Source: a virus
Lineage: Duplodnaviria > Heunggongvirae > Uroviricota > Caudoviricetes
Reading direction: 5' to 3' (one strand)
DNA length: 64,000 nucleotides
IMG/VR virus record: IMGVR_UViG_3300032954_000003
Location: 18,847 to 82,846 of that record
Made by a program: the position numbers and the translations under genes. Below the pieces are notes generated by a model. It made no database searches and was not told where the DNA came from. It saw only the letters and a program-made list of their open reading frames with translations. Below, piece after piece: positions 44,117 through 52,675 of this stretch (positions within the stretch are counted from its first letter, which is position 1; each line of letters opens with the position of its first letter).

Positions 44117-45583
44117 ATGGCTGAATTCATAAACGTAAACGTCGAAACTGAACCGATCCAGCTTGCCGATAATGCGCTAGATAGGTTGGCGGAAGAACTC
44201 GAAGCCAAGGGAATCATTGGATGGGAACCTAATGAAGCCAACCTAGAAGTCATCCTCATCAATATCTTGGCGATGATGGCTAATAACGCTGCGCTAGTCG
44301 CAGCAGTTGTACCAGAAGCTGTCTTCCGCCAATATGGCACTCAGCTTTTCAAACTCCTGTTCAACGAAGGTGCCTACGCCAGCGCTAGCACCAAATGGAA
44401 ACTCCTAGAAGAAGGCGGCAAATACCCAGCACGGGAAATTGAAGCTGGGTTAACTATCGAAGGCTCAGGCAAGGCGTTCTATGTAGAAAAAGCGGTTGAA
44501 GTCAAAGAAGGTGAACATGAAGCGACGGTACAGGTCATCGCTGCCGAACGCGGTGAAGAATATAACGGCATCACAGGAGTGCTATCGCCTGTAAACAACA
44601 TCAACTTCGTATCGGAAATCACGATTACCGCCGAAACAACAGGCGGCGCAGATCAGGAAAACGATACCGAATACATGAAACGTCTAGCTACACAGCTAGA
44701 ACTACAAGCACCACGTCCCATTACAGCAGCCAATTTTGCAACGTTTGCTTTGGATGCTCCTAGCACTGTGCTACCTACTGGTGTTGTTATCGGTAGAGCG
44801 ACAGCGATAGACGGCTATAACCCAGAAGTCCATACCTTCGAAGCCAAAGTAGTCAGCACTGAAACGACAATGGCTGAAGTGACTAGCTTTACCGGCATCA
44901 CCGCTGAAGCAAGCTCGCCGCAGAAACACCCTGGCACGCGTCTCAAAGGTCCTGGTATCGCTGAAGGTACAACCGTGGTCTCAGTCAACGAAGGTGCCAA
45001 AACCTTGGTGATGAGTAAAGCGGCGATCTCAAGTCCTGGGAAAAAAGAAAAATACGAAGCGATCGGCTCCTACGAAAACCAGCGTACTGTAACCGTATTC
45101 GTGACAACTAGACAAGGTAAAGAAGTGTCTAAAGCTGGCCGTGAAGCGGTACAGAAATATCTTGAATCGTATCGTGAGATCAACTTCAAAGTCTTCGTTG
45201 AACCACCCAACTACAACGAAGTGCGCGTGACTGCCGTTGTACATGTTCTCTCAGGGTTCAATGAAGCGACCACTCTGTCTAACGTCAAAACTGCCATCGA
45301 AAATCTCCTCTCGCCTGAAACATGGGGTAACCCGACCAACCGCAATGAAGATGAAAGTTCGGGGTGGATCAACGCCACTGAAGGCTTCAACGTTGTGCGT
45401 TACAACCAGATCATTGGAGCGATCGAGGCGGTACAGGGAGTTGCCTACGTGCTAGCAGGCAGCTCTGGACTTGCTATAGGACTGGAAGAAGCACCTGGCA
45501 GTAAAACGGCCGATCTAACGCTGTTTGGACCAGCGCCACTGCCGGAAACCAAACCAAGCAATATCAAAGTAACAGCGGGCTAA
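44117..45583 (+). CDS. baseplate J-like protein
   Basis: 488 aa. Position and composition fit P2 gpJ / T4 gp6-like proteins. Downstream of the W/gp25 gene after the insertion. Confidence 0.55.
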   Translation: MAEFINVNVETEPIQLADNALDRLAEELEAKGIIGWEPNEANLEVILINILAMMANNAALVAAVVPEAVFRQYGTQLFKLLFNEGAYASASTKWKLLEEGGKYPAREIEAGLTIEGSGKAFYVEKAVEVKEGEHEATVQVIAAERGEEYNGITGVLSPVNNINFVSEITITAETTGGADQENDTEYMKRLATQLELQAPRPITAANFATFALDAPSTVLPTGVVIGRATAIDGYNPEVHTFEAKVVSTETTMAEVTSFTGITAEASSPQKHPGTRLKGPGIAEGTTVVSVNEGAKTLVMSKAAISSPGKKEKYEAIGSYENQRTVTVFVTTRQGKEVSKAGREAVQKYLESYREINFKVFVEPPNYNEVRVTAVVHVLSGFNEATTLSNVKTAIENLLSPETWGNPTNRNEDESSGWINATEGFNVVRYNQIIGAIEAVQGVAYVLAGSSGLAIGLEEAPGSKTADLTLFGPAPLPETKPSNIKVTAG

Positions 45584-46836
45584 TGACTTTTGAACTGCCA
45601 CGGGTAGAAACACCAGCCGGCACACCCGTACTTGATAACTTCAATCGGGAAGAAAAACCGCTAAGCGATGGCGGAAAGTGGACAGTGCTTCCAAATGCTG
45701 GCAATACCGGGGAAACACGTATTTCGCCGGCTCATTGGGAAGCCAAAAGCATTGAAGTCGAAAGTGCGGCATATTGGAACGTCTCCACTTTCAGACAGCC
45801 GGCTTGTTGCATTGAATTTATAGCCCTTCCTCGACATCTCCTTGGTCAGGAAACGTTCTTTGGGCTCTGGTGTTGTTTGGTCGGTACAGCAACGACAGGG
45901 TATAGAGCGACGATTATTCCCGAACAGAACCACGATGAAAGTATATCTGAAGGTTTATTCAAACTCGATATCGAAAAGTGGGAAGCAGCGTTTCCAACTG
46001 TTCTAGCTACTCGTAATCAAGTTACATTTGCGAAGACTGACCTCATGGGGTTCAAAGTAAGCGGTGGAATCCTCACAGTTTGGCGACGCCACGCTGGTGA
46101 ATGGTCTGAACTGTTATCAGTGCGAGATAACACGTTCTCCTCAGGATACGTAGGTATGGGCACAATTGTGACTGGTGCATCGGACTTTGGTCACTATGGT
46201 CCATTCCAGGGTGGTCCTAGTGCTGGTCCGTTCACACAGCGTCTCGTACAGCGCATGCAACCGTGGCTTACAACCGATTTTGAACGGTACCTAGTGTCGA
46301 TCGCTCAGATGTACGAACCATGGCTAGAACTTGCCGAGGAACGTCACTCTGATGGAGAACCCTTCTTTGTCCCAGCATGGGGTTCACTATTCAACCCTGA
46401 AACCTGTCCGTTTGAAGCTCTGGGATACCTTGCACAGTACGTGGGTGTAAAAATCCCTTCCGGTGCAAGTGAAGCTGAAGCCAGAGAACTCGTCAAAATC
46501 CACGCTGGTTTCGAACGTGGCACAACGAAGTCAATTGAAGAAGCGATCTATGCTGGGACAACGCTCACGCGTACAGGACAGACGCTTGTTGAACGAAGCG
46601 TCCTAATCGAACGTCGTGGCCCCGAAGGAACCAAAGAAGCGTATCGGTTTGGCATATCTGTACCAAGTGCAGATATCCCGAGCGAAAGCGCGCTAATCGC
46701 CAAAGTAATGGCAGTGACACCAGCCGGCATTTGGCCTTGGCTAAACACCGGCGAAAAATACACCTTTGCTGAAGCTATCCATGCCTTCGAAGAAGATGTA
46801 TTCAGCTTCTCGGAAACCCGTTTCAAACAGCCCTAA
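45583..46836 (+). CDS. baseplate/tail protein (P2 gpI-like)
   Basis: ATG overlaps the stop of J (TAATG); 417 aa following J. Confidence 0.45.
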   Translation: MTFELPRVETPAGTPVLDNFNREEKPLSDGGKWTVLPNAGNTGETRISPAHWEAKSIEVESAAYWNVSTFRQPACCIEFIALPRHLLGQETFFGLWCCLVGTATTGYRATIIPEQNHDESISEGLFKLDIEKWEAAFPTVLATRNQVTFAKTDLMGFKVSGGILTVWRRHAGEWSELLSVRDNTFSSGYVGMGTIVTGASDFGHYGPFQGGPSAGPFTQRLVQRMQPWLTTDFERYLVSIAQMYEPWLELAEERHSDGEPFFVPAWGSLFNPETCPFEALGYLAQYVGVKIPSGASEAEARELVKIHAGFERGTTKSIEEAIYAGTTLTRTGQTLVERSVLIERRGPEGTKEAYRFGISVPSADIPSESALIAKVMAVTPAGIWPWLNTGEKYTFAEAIHAFEEDVFSFSETRFKQP

Positions 46837-46844
46837 GGACACCA

Positions 46845-47957
46845 ATGGCCTTCAAAGAAACTACACGTTACAAACTGGACTACGCCGAAGGTCCAACGCT
46901 CGTATCTGAATACCCAACCGTAGACAGTAACAAATCTAAATTACTGGATGAAGTAGTCAACGAACTGCAAGACATCATCCAAGCTGGTGTAGTCAGTTCG
47001 GCTGATTGGTCTTTCACTGCCAAAGTAATCGAAGTTACAGGCGAACTTGAATCCGAAGGCGAAGTGGCCGCATCTCTCGCATGGCTGCCAGATCCTACTG
47101 AAAACAAAAAACTGATGCGGTCCAAATCATCCAAAGCTGCGATCTCAGCCAAAAAACCAGCGGAACTTCCTGCTGAAACCAAATACATGCCGATTGCGTT
47201 TGAACTTACAGCTAGCACCTGGAACGCTGCACCAACGGTCTCACTTCACTCAGGGACTGAACGTGCCACGCTAAAAGAAGCTGAAGAAAAACCACCGTCT
47301 GCAACAGCAGGTAAGTCTCAGATACGTCTAGTCGTGCTGAAAAACACTGGCGGTAAATACAAAATCGAACACCAAGAAGATGCACGCTCGTTCATTACCG
47401 CCGCGCCACCAGCTCCTACGATCCTACGTGAAGAAGGCGTGATAGCGATAAAGAACGGTGAATCCATTCAGGTGCAGAAGAATGGTGCCACCGTTTCACT
47501 ACCTGCCTCTACTGCTAACGGCTCTGTATTGATCTGGTGCTGGGCAGAAGGTACAGGTAGCTGCAAAGTCAAAACGACTGGTGGAGCCAAAATCTACGGT
47601 GACTTTGTCTCCGCTGTTGAAGAAGTCGCTCTAGAGACCGGCCAACACTTGCTCCTGCATAACAACGGCGTCAACTGGATTATCGTTGCTGGTGAAGCAA
47701 AGCGCGAACAGACCTACACCGAAAAAACATTCACCAAAGCAGAAGCAGAAGCGGGCGTCGAACCGAGTGCAAGCCGCTCGGCGTGGGTTATAGCCGGGCC
47801 ATCATCAGCGGGTGAATTCGGGGCCGGCAACGGACCCCGAGTGGAAGGAAAACTCCTACCGAACAGCTCGGTAGTGAAGTCGATCGGTTTCTACGTGCCA
47901 CCGGGGCAGAAGTGGACCGCGAAAGTTGAAACAACAACCTCCACGCTGCTCCTCTAA
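46845..47957 (+). CDS. tail fiber protein candidate
   Basis: 370 aa, Thr/Ser/Ala/Gly-rich, follows the J-I pair. Confidence 0.45.
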   Translation: MAFKETTRYKLDYAEGPTLVSEYPTVDSNKSKLLDEVVNELQDIIQAGVVSSADWSFTAKVIEVTGELESEGEVAASLAWLPDPTENKKLMRSKSSKAAISAKKPAELPAETKYMPIAFELTASTWNAAPTVSLHSGTERATLKEAEEKPPSATAGKSQIRLVVLKNTGGKYKIEHQEDARSFITAAPPAPTILREEGVIAIKNGESIQVQKNGATVSLPASTANGSVLIWCWAEGTGSCKVKTTGGAKIYGDFVSAVEEVALETGQHLLLHNNGVNWIIVAGEAKREQTYTEKTFTKAEAEAGVEPSASRSAWVIAGPSSAGEFGAGNGPRVEGKLLPNSSVVKSIGFYVPPGQKWTAKVETTTSTLLL

Positions 47958-48273
47958 GTGTGCCCAAAGGGTGACCTAAGGGGTTACGGCTATATGGAAT
48001 GCTTGAACGGCTTAGAATCGCCAAGCCGCATACGCAAGGCTACATACAAGGAACGTCACAGCAAACGCTACAAAGCTGCCGGTTATGACCCATGCCGTTA
48101 CACTAGCTACAGCAATGAAATAACGGACAGGACGCGTTCTAGCAGCTACACGACGTTTTGCGTTTCGCCGCGCCCACCGATACTCCTTGCGTGTTGCGTA
48201 ATTCTCTCGGTTTAGTTGAGTGCTCATGCAACGTAGGATAGCAGTGGACCGACGCTAGTGCAAACGCCGCTGG

Positions 48274-48789
48274 TCACTCATCAGTCTCTCCGTGGTCTCT
48301 GGGGGTGTGGGCTGCTGAGAGCCAGTTCTCGAACGCTGGTCGTAGCTCGGCGGGTAGCTCGCTCTCGCGGCCCTCGTATGGCCATTCGCCGTTGTAGCCC
48401 TCACCGCTGTGCGCGAAGCCAGCCACGTAGGCCGCCAGCAGCTCCTCATCTGTCGGCTCACCGGACCGGACGGGCTCGGCCAACTTGTCGAAGGCGTCGG
48501 CTATGGCCGCCTCGAACCGATAGGTGCTGCTGATTGGGCCCCAGCCTGTCAGCTCCGCAATGAGCTCGTCGTGCGTGTGCATCCGGTCCCAGAACCAGCA
48601 CATCCGGGCGTGTGGCGTGCCAGCACCGATCGGGCCGGTCTCCTCGTGGTCTGTGACACCAGGGATACCGCCCTCCACATCGCCGGGCCAATAGGTCGGG
48701 CTGCCCCGGACGGGCTCGTAGGAGCAGGTCCTCTCGTCGCTGGTGTGGACCTTTACGTGAGAGCCGCAGGTGGGGCAGGTGTCAGCCAT
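48274..48789 (-). CDS. hypothetical protein with N-terminal Zn-ribbon (GC-rich island)
   Basis: GGAGGAG RBS precedes the ATG (MADTCPTCGSH...). About 68% GC. Start overlaps the upstream stop. Confidence 0.55.
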   Translation of the reverse strand: MADTCPTCGSHVKVHTSDERTCSYEPVRGSPTYWPGDVEGGIPGVTDHEETGPIGAGTPHARMCWFWDRMHTHDELIAELTGWGPISSTYRFEAAIADAFDKLAEPVRSGEPTDEELLAAYVAGFAHSGEGYNGEWPYEGRESELPAELRPAFENWLSAAHTPRDHGETDE

Positions 48790-49288
48790 TCGACTCCTCC
48801 GAGGTAGGGGTGGTTGGGTTCTGGGCTGCGAGTGCTGCGCGGGCCACGGTTCCGGCGGGGGAATTGGCACAGTCCTCGTTGGTAGCGATGAACCCCAGGG
48901 CCGCTTTGTAGCGCCCTCCGACCAGCGACTCGCGGTCCCGCTGTTCCCGATAACTCTGCTCGCGTGCAAGTGCCCCGTCCCGCTCCTCCCTCAGAGCCCT
49001 TGCGTCCTCTTCTGCCGCCTCTGCTCGCCGGTTTTTCTTTTCCGCCAGCTCGCGCAACGACTCCCGCGCTCGGCGGTGCATGGCGATCTCCTCTTCTGCA
49101 TGGGAAAGGGCGGACTCGGCTTGCTCGGCTCCGACTTCCTCGATGTAGTCGCAGGCATCGACCCATCCGGCGTTGTAGGCCACGCGCTCAATGACGCTCT
49201 GAGGGTGATGGCGCTCGCAGTGCTCCTGCATAGCGCTCGGATGGCGAGTCTCAGCCACGGGGTCTCCTGGGGATGGATGGTCAGGCAT
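48782..49288 (-). CDS. hypothetical coiled-coil protein (GC-rich island)
   Basis: GGGAG RBS plus ATG (MPDHPSPGD...); coupled to its neighbours. Confidence 0.5.
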   Translation of the reverse strand: MPDHPSPGDPVAETRHPSAMQEHCERHHPQSVIERVAYNAGWVDACDYIEEVGAEQAESALSHAEEEIAMHRRARESLRELAEKKNRRAEAAEEDARALREERDGALAREQSYREQRDRESLVGGRYKAALGFIATNEDCANSPAGTVARAALAAQNPTTPTSEESNG

Positions 49289-49604
49289 CGACCGGCTCCC
49301 GTGCGATTGAATCCCAGAAGCGCTTGGAGCCATCTACCTTGCACTCAAGGCCGCAGATCGTGCATTTGCCGTGGTAGTTCCACTCGACCTTGCCGCCCTC
49401 GGTCCACCACTCGTAATCCTCGCGGAAGGTCCGGTACTTGTTGTCTTCGGCGTCCGGGAGGTCCGGCAAGTCGGCGCGGCGCTGCTCAAACTCCTCGACG
49501 GGGATCTGGCCGTAAAGCGCGTCAACTTCGCGCTTTGCCTCTTCGGCGGTTTCCTTGGCCTGCTGCAAGCATCGCGGGCAGGCTGCCCAGTTATCGGCAC
49601 TCAT
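49281..49604 (-). CDS. hypothetical Zn-ribbon protein (GC-rich island)
   Basis: GAGAGGAGCGAG RBS. CPRC...CTICGLEC motifs. Confidence 0.55.
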   Translation of the reverse strand: MSADNWAACPRCLQQAKETAEEAKREVDALYGQIPVEEFEQRRADLPDLPDAEDNKYRTFREDYEWWTEGGKVEWNYHGKCTICGLECKVDGSKRFWDSIAREPVDA

Positions 49605-50117
49605 GGCCGCTCGCTCCTCTCACTAGATGGTGTGGTCCTGCCTGCTAGCAGCGCGTTCGTTTCGTCGATGATTTCCTGCGCCTCGTCGGACTCGGGCGGC
49701 GTTGTCGTGGCTTCCCAGAATCGTCGCGTTCGGGCCAGCACCCGCAGCGCCTCCTCCTTCTGGCGCTTCTCCTCGGTGTAGGCGGACTCGACCCGGGTCG
49801 GGAAGATGGCCAAGTCGATGTACTGGACACCCGCAGTTGCCCAGACGCCATGCAGCACCCAGGATTCGCGCCCGTGTGGTCCGAGCTTGGGCTTGTCGCT
49901 CCCTTCCGGTCCCTCGGCGACGAACCCCTCTCGGAGCAGTGCGTCGATGAGGGCTTGCGTCCCGCGTGCGGGCTCAGTCCAGGGCACGGCCACAATGTCG
50001 AAGTCCCGCGCCTCGCTGCCGTGTCGAGCGATGGCGTAGCCCGTCAGGTATCCGGCGTGACGCACACGCTCAATGATTCGGTCCAGTGCGGCCTCCCGTG
50101 GCTCAGTGTGATTGCTC
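49601..50117 (-). CDS. minimal nucleotidyltransferase (Pol-beta superfamily, MNT-like) candidate
   Basis: HGSEARDFDIVAV fits the hG[GS]...D.D NTase motif. AAGG RBS plus the ATG MSNHTEP. Confidence 0.45.
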
Positions 50118-50459
50118 ATCCGAACGCTGCCTTGATCGCCAGGCATCGGGGGCCTCCCGCTGACGCTTGGCTGCCTCGTACTCGGGGCTGCCCTCGGGTG
50201 GCCACGGGCCGGGCGAGAAGTCTTCCCAGCGAGTCACGATGCGCCGCTGATTGGCCGGTCCGGGATAGGTGCGCTCCTCCACCGTCGCCCCGCACGCCTC
50301 TAAGAAGGCGTGAATGGCGGCTTCGGCCTCCTCAACATCTTCGGCATCCTCAAGCGGCGAGCGGCCGTAGCACTCCTCGTAGCTCATGGCACAGCGGCCA
50401 CCGTCGTCCCACTTGTACTGCGGTTCGCGGTCGTACGTGGCGCGGATGTGTGCCTCCAC
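50103..50459 (-). CDS. hypothetical acidic protein (GC-rich island)
   Basis: ORF overlaps the start of the NTase gene; the start codon (GTG at 50459 or an internal ATG) is uncertain. Confidence 0.4.
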   Translation of the reverse strand: MEAHIRATYDREPQYKWDDGGRCAMSYEECYGRSPLEDAEDVEEAEAAIHAFLEACGATVEERTYPGPANQRRIVTRWEDFSPGPWPPEGSPEYEAAKRQREAPDAWRSRQRSDEQSH

Positions 50460-50498
50460 AGCCTCAGGGTGGCAACCTCAGATCAGGGGTGGGCTCAG

Positions 50499-50831
50499 TC
50501 ATCGCGTACCTCGGGTGTTCAGCTCACTATTTCTCGCAGCTACAGCTACACGAGCATCCGCCATAGCTTGATGGAACTTCGATTCCCATTCTGGGTCGTC
50601 GTCCGGTATGCGCGCACGTATGCTTGTTGCTAATACAACATCACGACCTCGTATTCCTACGTATGACATCTTTTCTAACACTTCGGTGACGTTGTTTTTA
50701 GAGCGATGGTCTGCAAACCAGCGAGCTTTACGATAAAGGTGCTGATCGTGACGTATTAGCCAACGGCGTCTGTAGTAAAACGCAATCGCTACGAGAACCA
50801 CAAGGAACAGAAGCACACCGAGGTCTGGCAT
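50499..50831 (-). CDS. small membrane protein (N-terminal TM helix)
   Basis: N-terminus LGVLLFLVVLVAIAFYY. Immediately follows the lipoprotein gene on the same strand. Confidence 0.5.
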   Translation of the reverse strand: MPDLGVLLFLVVLVAIAFYYRRRWLIRHDQHLYRKARWFADHRSKNNVTEVLEKMSYVGIRGRDVVLATSIRARIPDDDPEWESKFHQAMADARVAVAARNSELNTRGTR

Positions 50832-51791
50832 TTAGTGGGTCACCGCAAATCCTGCGCCTGGCGCAAAGGTTGTAACGTTTGGCGGAATTGCCTTTAGCTC
50901 ATCGATTTGAGCGCATGCAGGGCAGTGTTCGTAACCATGTTGACGTTCCTCATTTGCTTGTGCTTCCAGCTTGGCTTGTGCAACCTTGGCTCGTGCTGAA
51001 CCAACGGCTGCGAACTGCGCTTGTGCCTTATCGATTTCATTCTGGATAGCTTCTGGCAGTGTTACGTGTTCAAGCAGGAAGCTAATGTTCGAGAAGTAGT
51101 CATTACCGAGCGCCGATGCAATGTCGGTCTTGAGGTTAGCGTTGACTGCTTCTTGAACCTTTTGCAAGTTACCGTTGTTTTGTCCACCGCTGGACACGCT
51201 TGAACTGTTGTGGATTAGCGCACAAGATGACACAAGCTGTGGACACGTAACCGTACCGATGCTGCGTCGCAGATCATTGTTGATGATCGGTCGCACAACT
51301 TGGCTTAGCAGCGCACGCCAACCTTCTTCGCCTTCATAGGGCTTTAGCGCTTCGGCACCTTCATTGCTGGATTGAAATGTACGGATACCAAAGCGACTAT
51401 CGAAATCCTTGAGCAGTCTTACACCTGTTACTGAGCAGTTGAATGCCGTCGTGAAGTAGAAGGTACCTTCAAGTCCAACGCGAACACCATCTTGCGTTGG
51501 CACCTCAACGACATCTGCCCCCTTGCGGTCACCTTGACCAGATTCCGATGTAATGGTGTAGTTACGCTGTACGCTGTCCGCTGGGTACCAGTGGACTTCC
51601 GAGCCAAAACCTGGCCATGACCAGCCGGTCCCAGGACAAATAACCTTACTGATCCCATGACCATTGAACCACGTCCATGGTGCAATAAAGGAATGGCCTG
51701 TCCGTACTACTCCAATCTGCCCAGCACCCGGTGTAGCACCGCACGCTGCTAGCGCCAATCCAAGTGCTGCAACAGCGAAAAGTCGCTTCAA
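50832..51791 (-). CDS. SPFH/band-7-like lipoprotein
   Basis: Lipoprotein signal MKRLFAVAALGLALAACGA (lipobox LAAC). Central and C-terminal regions with Ala/Gln-rich coiled coil resemble an SPFH domain. Confidence 0.5.
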   Translation of the reverse strand: MKRLFAVAALGLALAACGATPGAGQIGVVRTGHSFIAPWTWFNGHGISKVICPGTGWSWPGFGSEVHWYPADSVQRNYTITSESGQGDRKGADVVEVPTQDGVRVGLEGTFYFTTAFNCSVTGVRLLKDFDSRFGIRTFQSSNEGAEALKPYEGEEGWRALLSQVVRPIINNDLRRSIGTVTCPQLVSSCALIHNSSSVSSGGQNNGNLQKVQEAVNANLKTDIASALGNDYFSNISFLLEHVTLPEAIQNEIDKAQAQFAAVGSARAKVAQAKLEAQANEERQHGYEHCPACAQIDELKAIPPNVTTFAPGAGFAVTH

Positions 51792-52201
51792 GTGATGCCT
51801 CCTGTTACATTGATGTCCACTGATCTGATGTCCTCATCGTTGATGAGATATGAACGAACCACCGGCTTTTGCCATGGTCCAACGCCAACTATCAGCCACT
51901 CAACATCTGGCCAGTTCTCCGCAAACTGGACGTCAACCATTGAAGGAAACGCAGGGATACAAATGTGCGAGTGATAGATGGCACCAAGCTTGAAACCTTG
52001 AGACTCGAACTCTGTGATCTGCTCGATAAGTTCGAGCGGATCAATAATGAACTCGACCTCCGGTTTGTCTGAGATGTTGATAGAGCGATGCATGCTTGTC
52101 GCTTCGTTATCCTTGGTGGCAATAAGTCCACAACACTCAAACGGCGCATCCTCCCACGCATGGGTGAGGATGTCGGCTAGGATGTTGGCGTTGATGTCCA
52201 T
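51788..52201 (-). CDS. JAB/MPN (JAMM) metallopeptidase
   Basis: JAMM motif elements PFECCG...YHSHICIPAFPSMVD (E ... HxH ... S..D). Confidence 0.65.
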   Translation of the reverse strand: MDINANILADILTHAWEDAPFECCGLIATKDNEATSMHRSINISDKPEVEFIIDPLELIEQITEFESQGFKLGAIYHSHICIPAFPSMVDVQFAENWPDVEWLIVGVGPWQKPVVRSYLINDEDIRSVDINVTGGIT

Positions 52202-52626
52202 TAGGGTCGGTATCGTTCAATTGCCTCTTGGACACGCTTTGCAACGTCTGTGACACCTGCTAGTGCGATAGCACTGATGGTGTCTGCAAGGCTTGGCGTC
52301 CCGTCTTGTGGATTCTCGTCCTGTAGCCGCTGTTCTAGTGCCTCTACATCCTGCTCTGTTTCGATCGGCCCTAGCTCACGAAGCTGCTGCGTCACGGCTG
52401 AGACCAACCTAGTGACTTCTTGTGCCGCTGGGTTATCAAGGTTCTCGTAGAACGGCAGTGTTACAACAGCAGCACGAGTTGAATTAGGGTACATCTTTTC
52501 GGCAAGTTCTCGGATGTTTTGCATATCGGTAGCGCTTGGTGGCGTGTCTAGCCGGATTTCAACCTGCGCTGCTCTGTCAGTTGCACTCGGTCCGCCAGCG
52601 CGAGCTATTACTAAATGTCTGTGCAT
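52201..52626 (-). CDS. hypothetical protein (141 aa)
   Basis: Its stop overlaps the ATG of the JAB gene (ATGA). Confidence 0.45.
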   Translation of the reverse strand: MHRHLVIARAGGPSATDRAAQVEIRLDTPPSATDMQNIRELAEKMYPNSTRAAVVTLPFYENLDNPAAQEVTRLVSAVTQQLRELGPIETEQDVEALEQRLQDENPQDGTPSLADTISAIALAGVTDVAKRVQEAIERYRP

Positions 52627-52675
52627 GGTGTCCTTTGGAAGGTGGGGACGCCGATTGACGTCCCCACAGTTTGAT

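Noticed and set aside
48770-49648. 292-aa plus-strand ORF across the GC-rich island
   Set aside because: It is antisense to five tightly coupled minus-strand genes that each have strong RBSs. Its product is Arg/Gly/Pro-rich low complexity.
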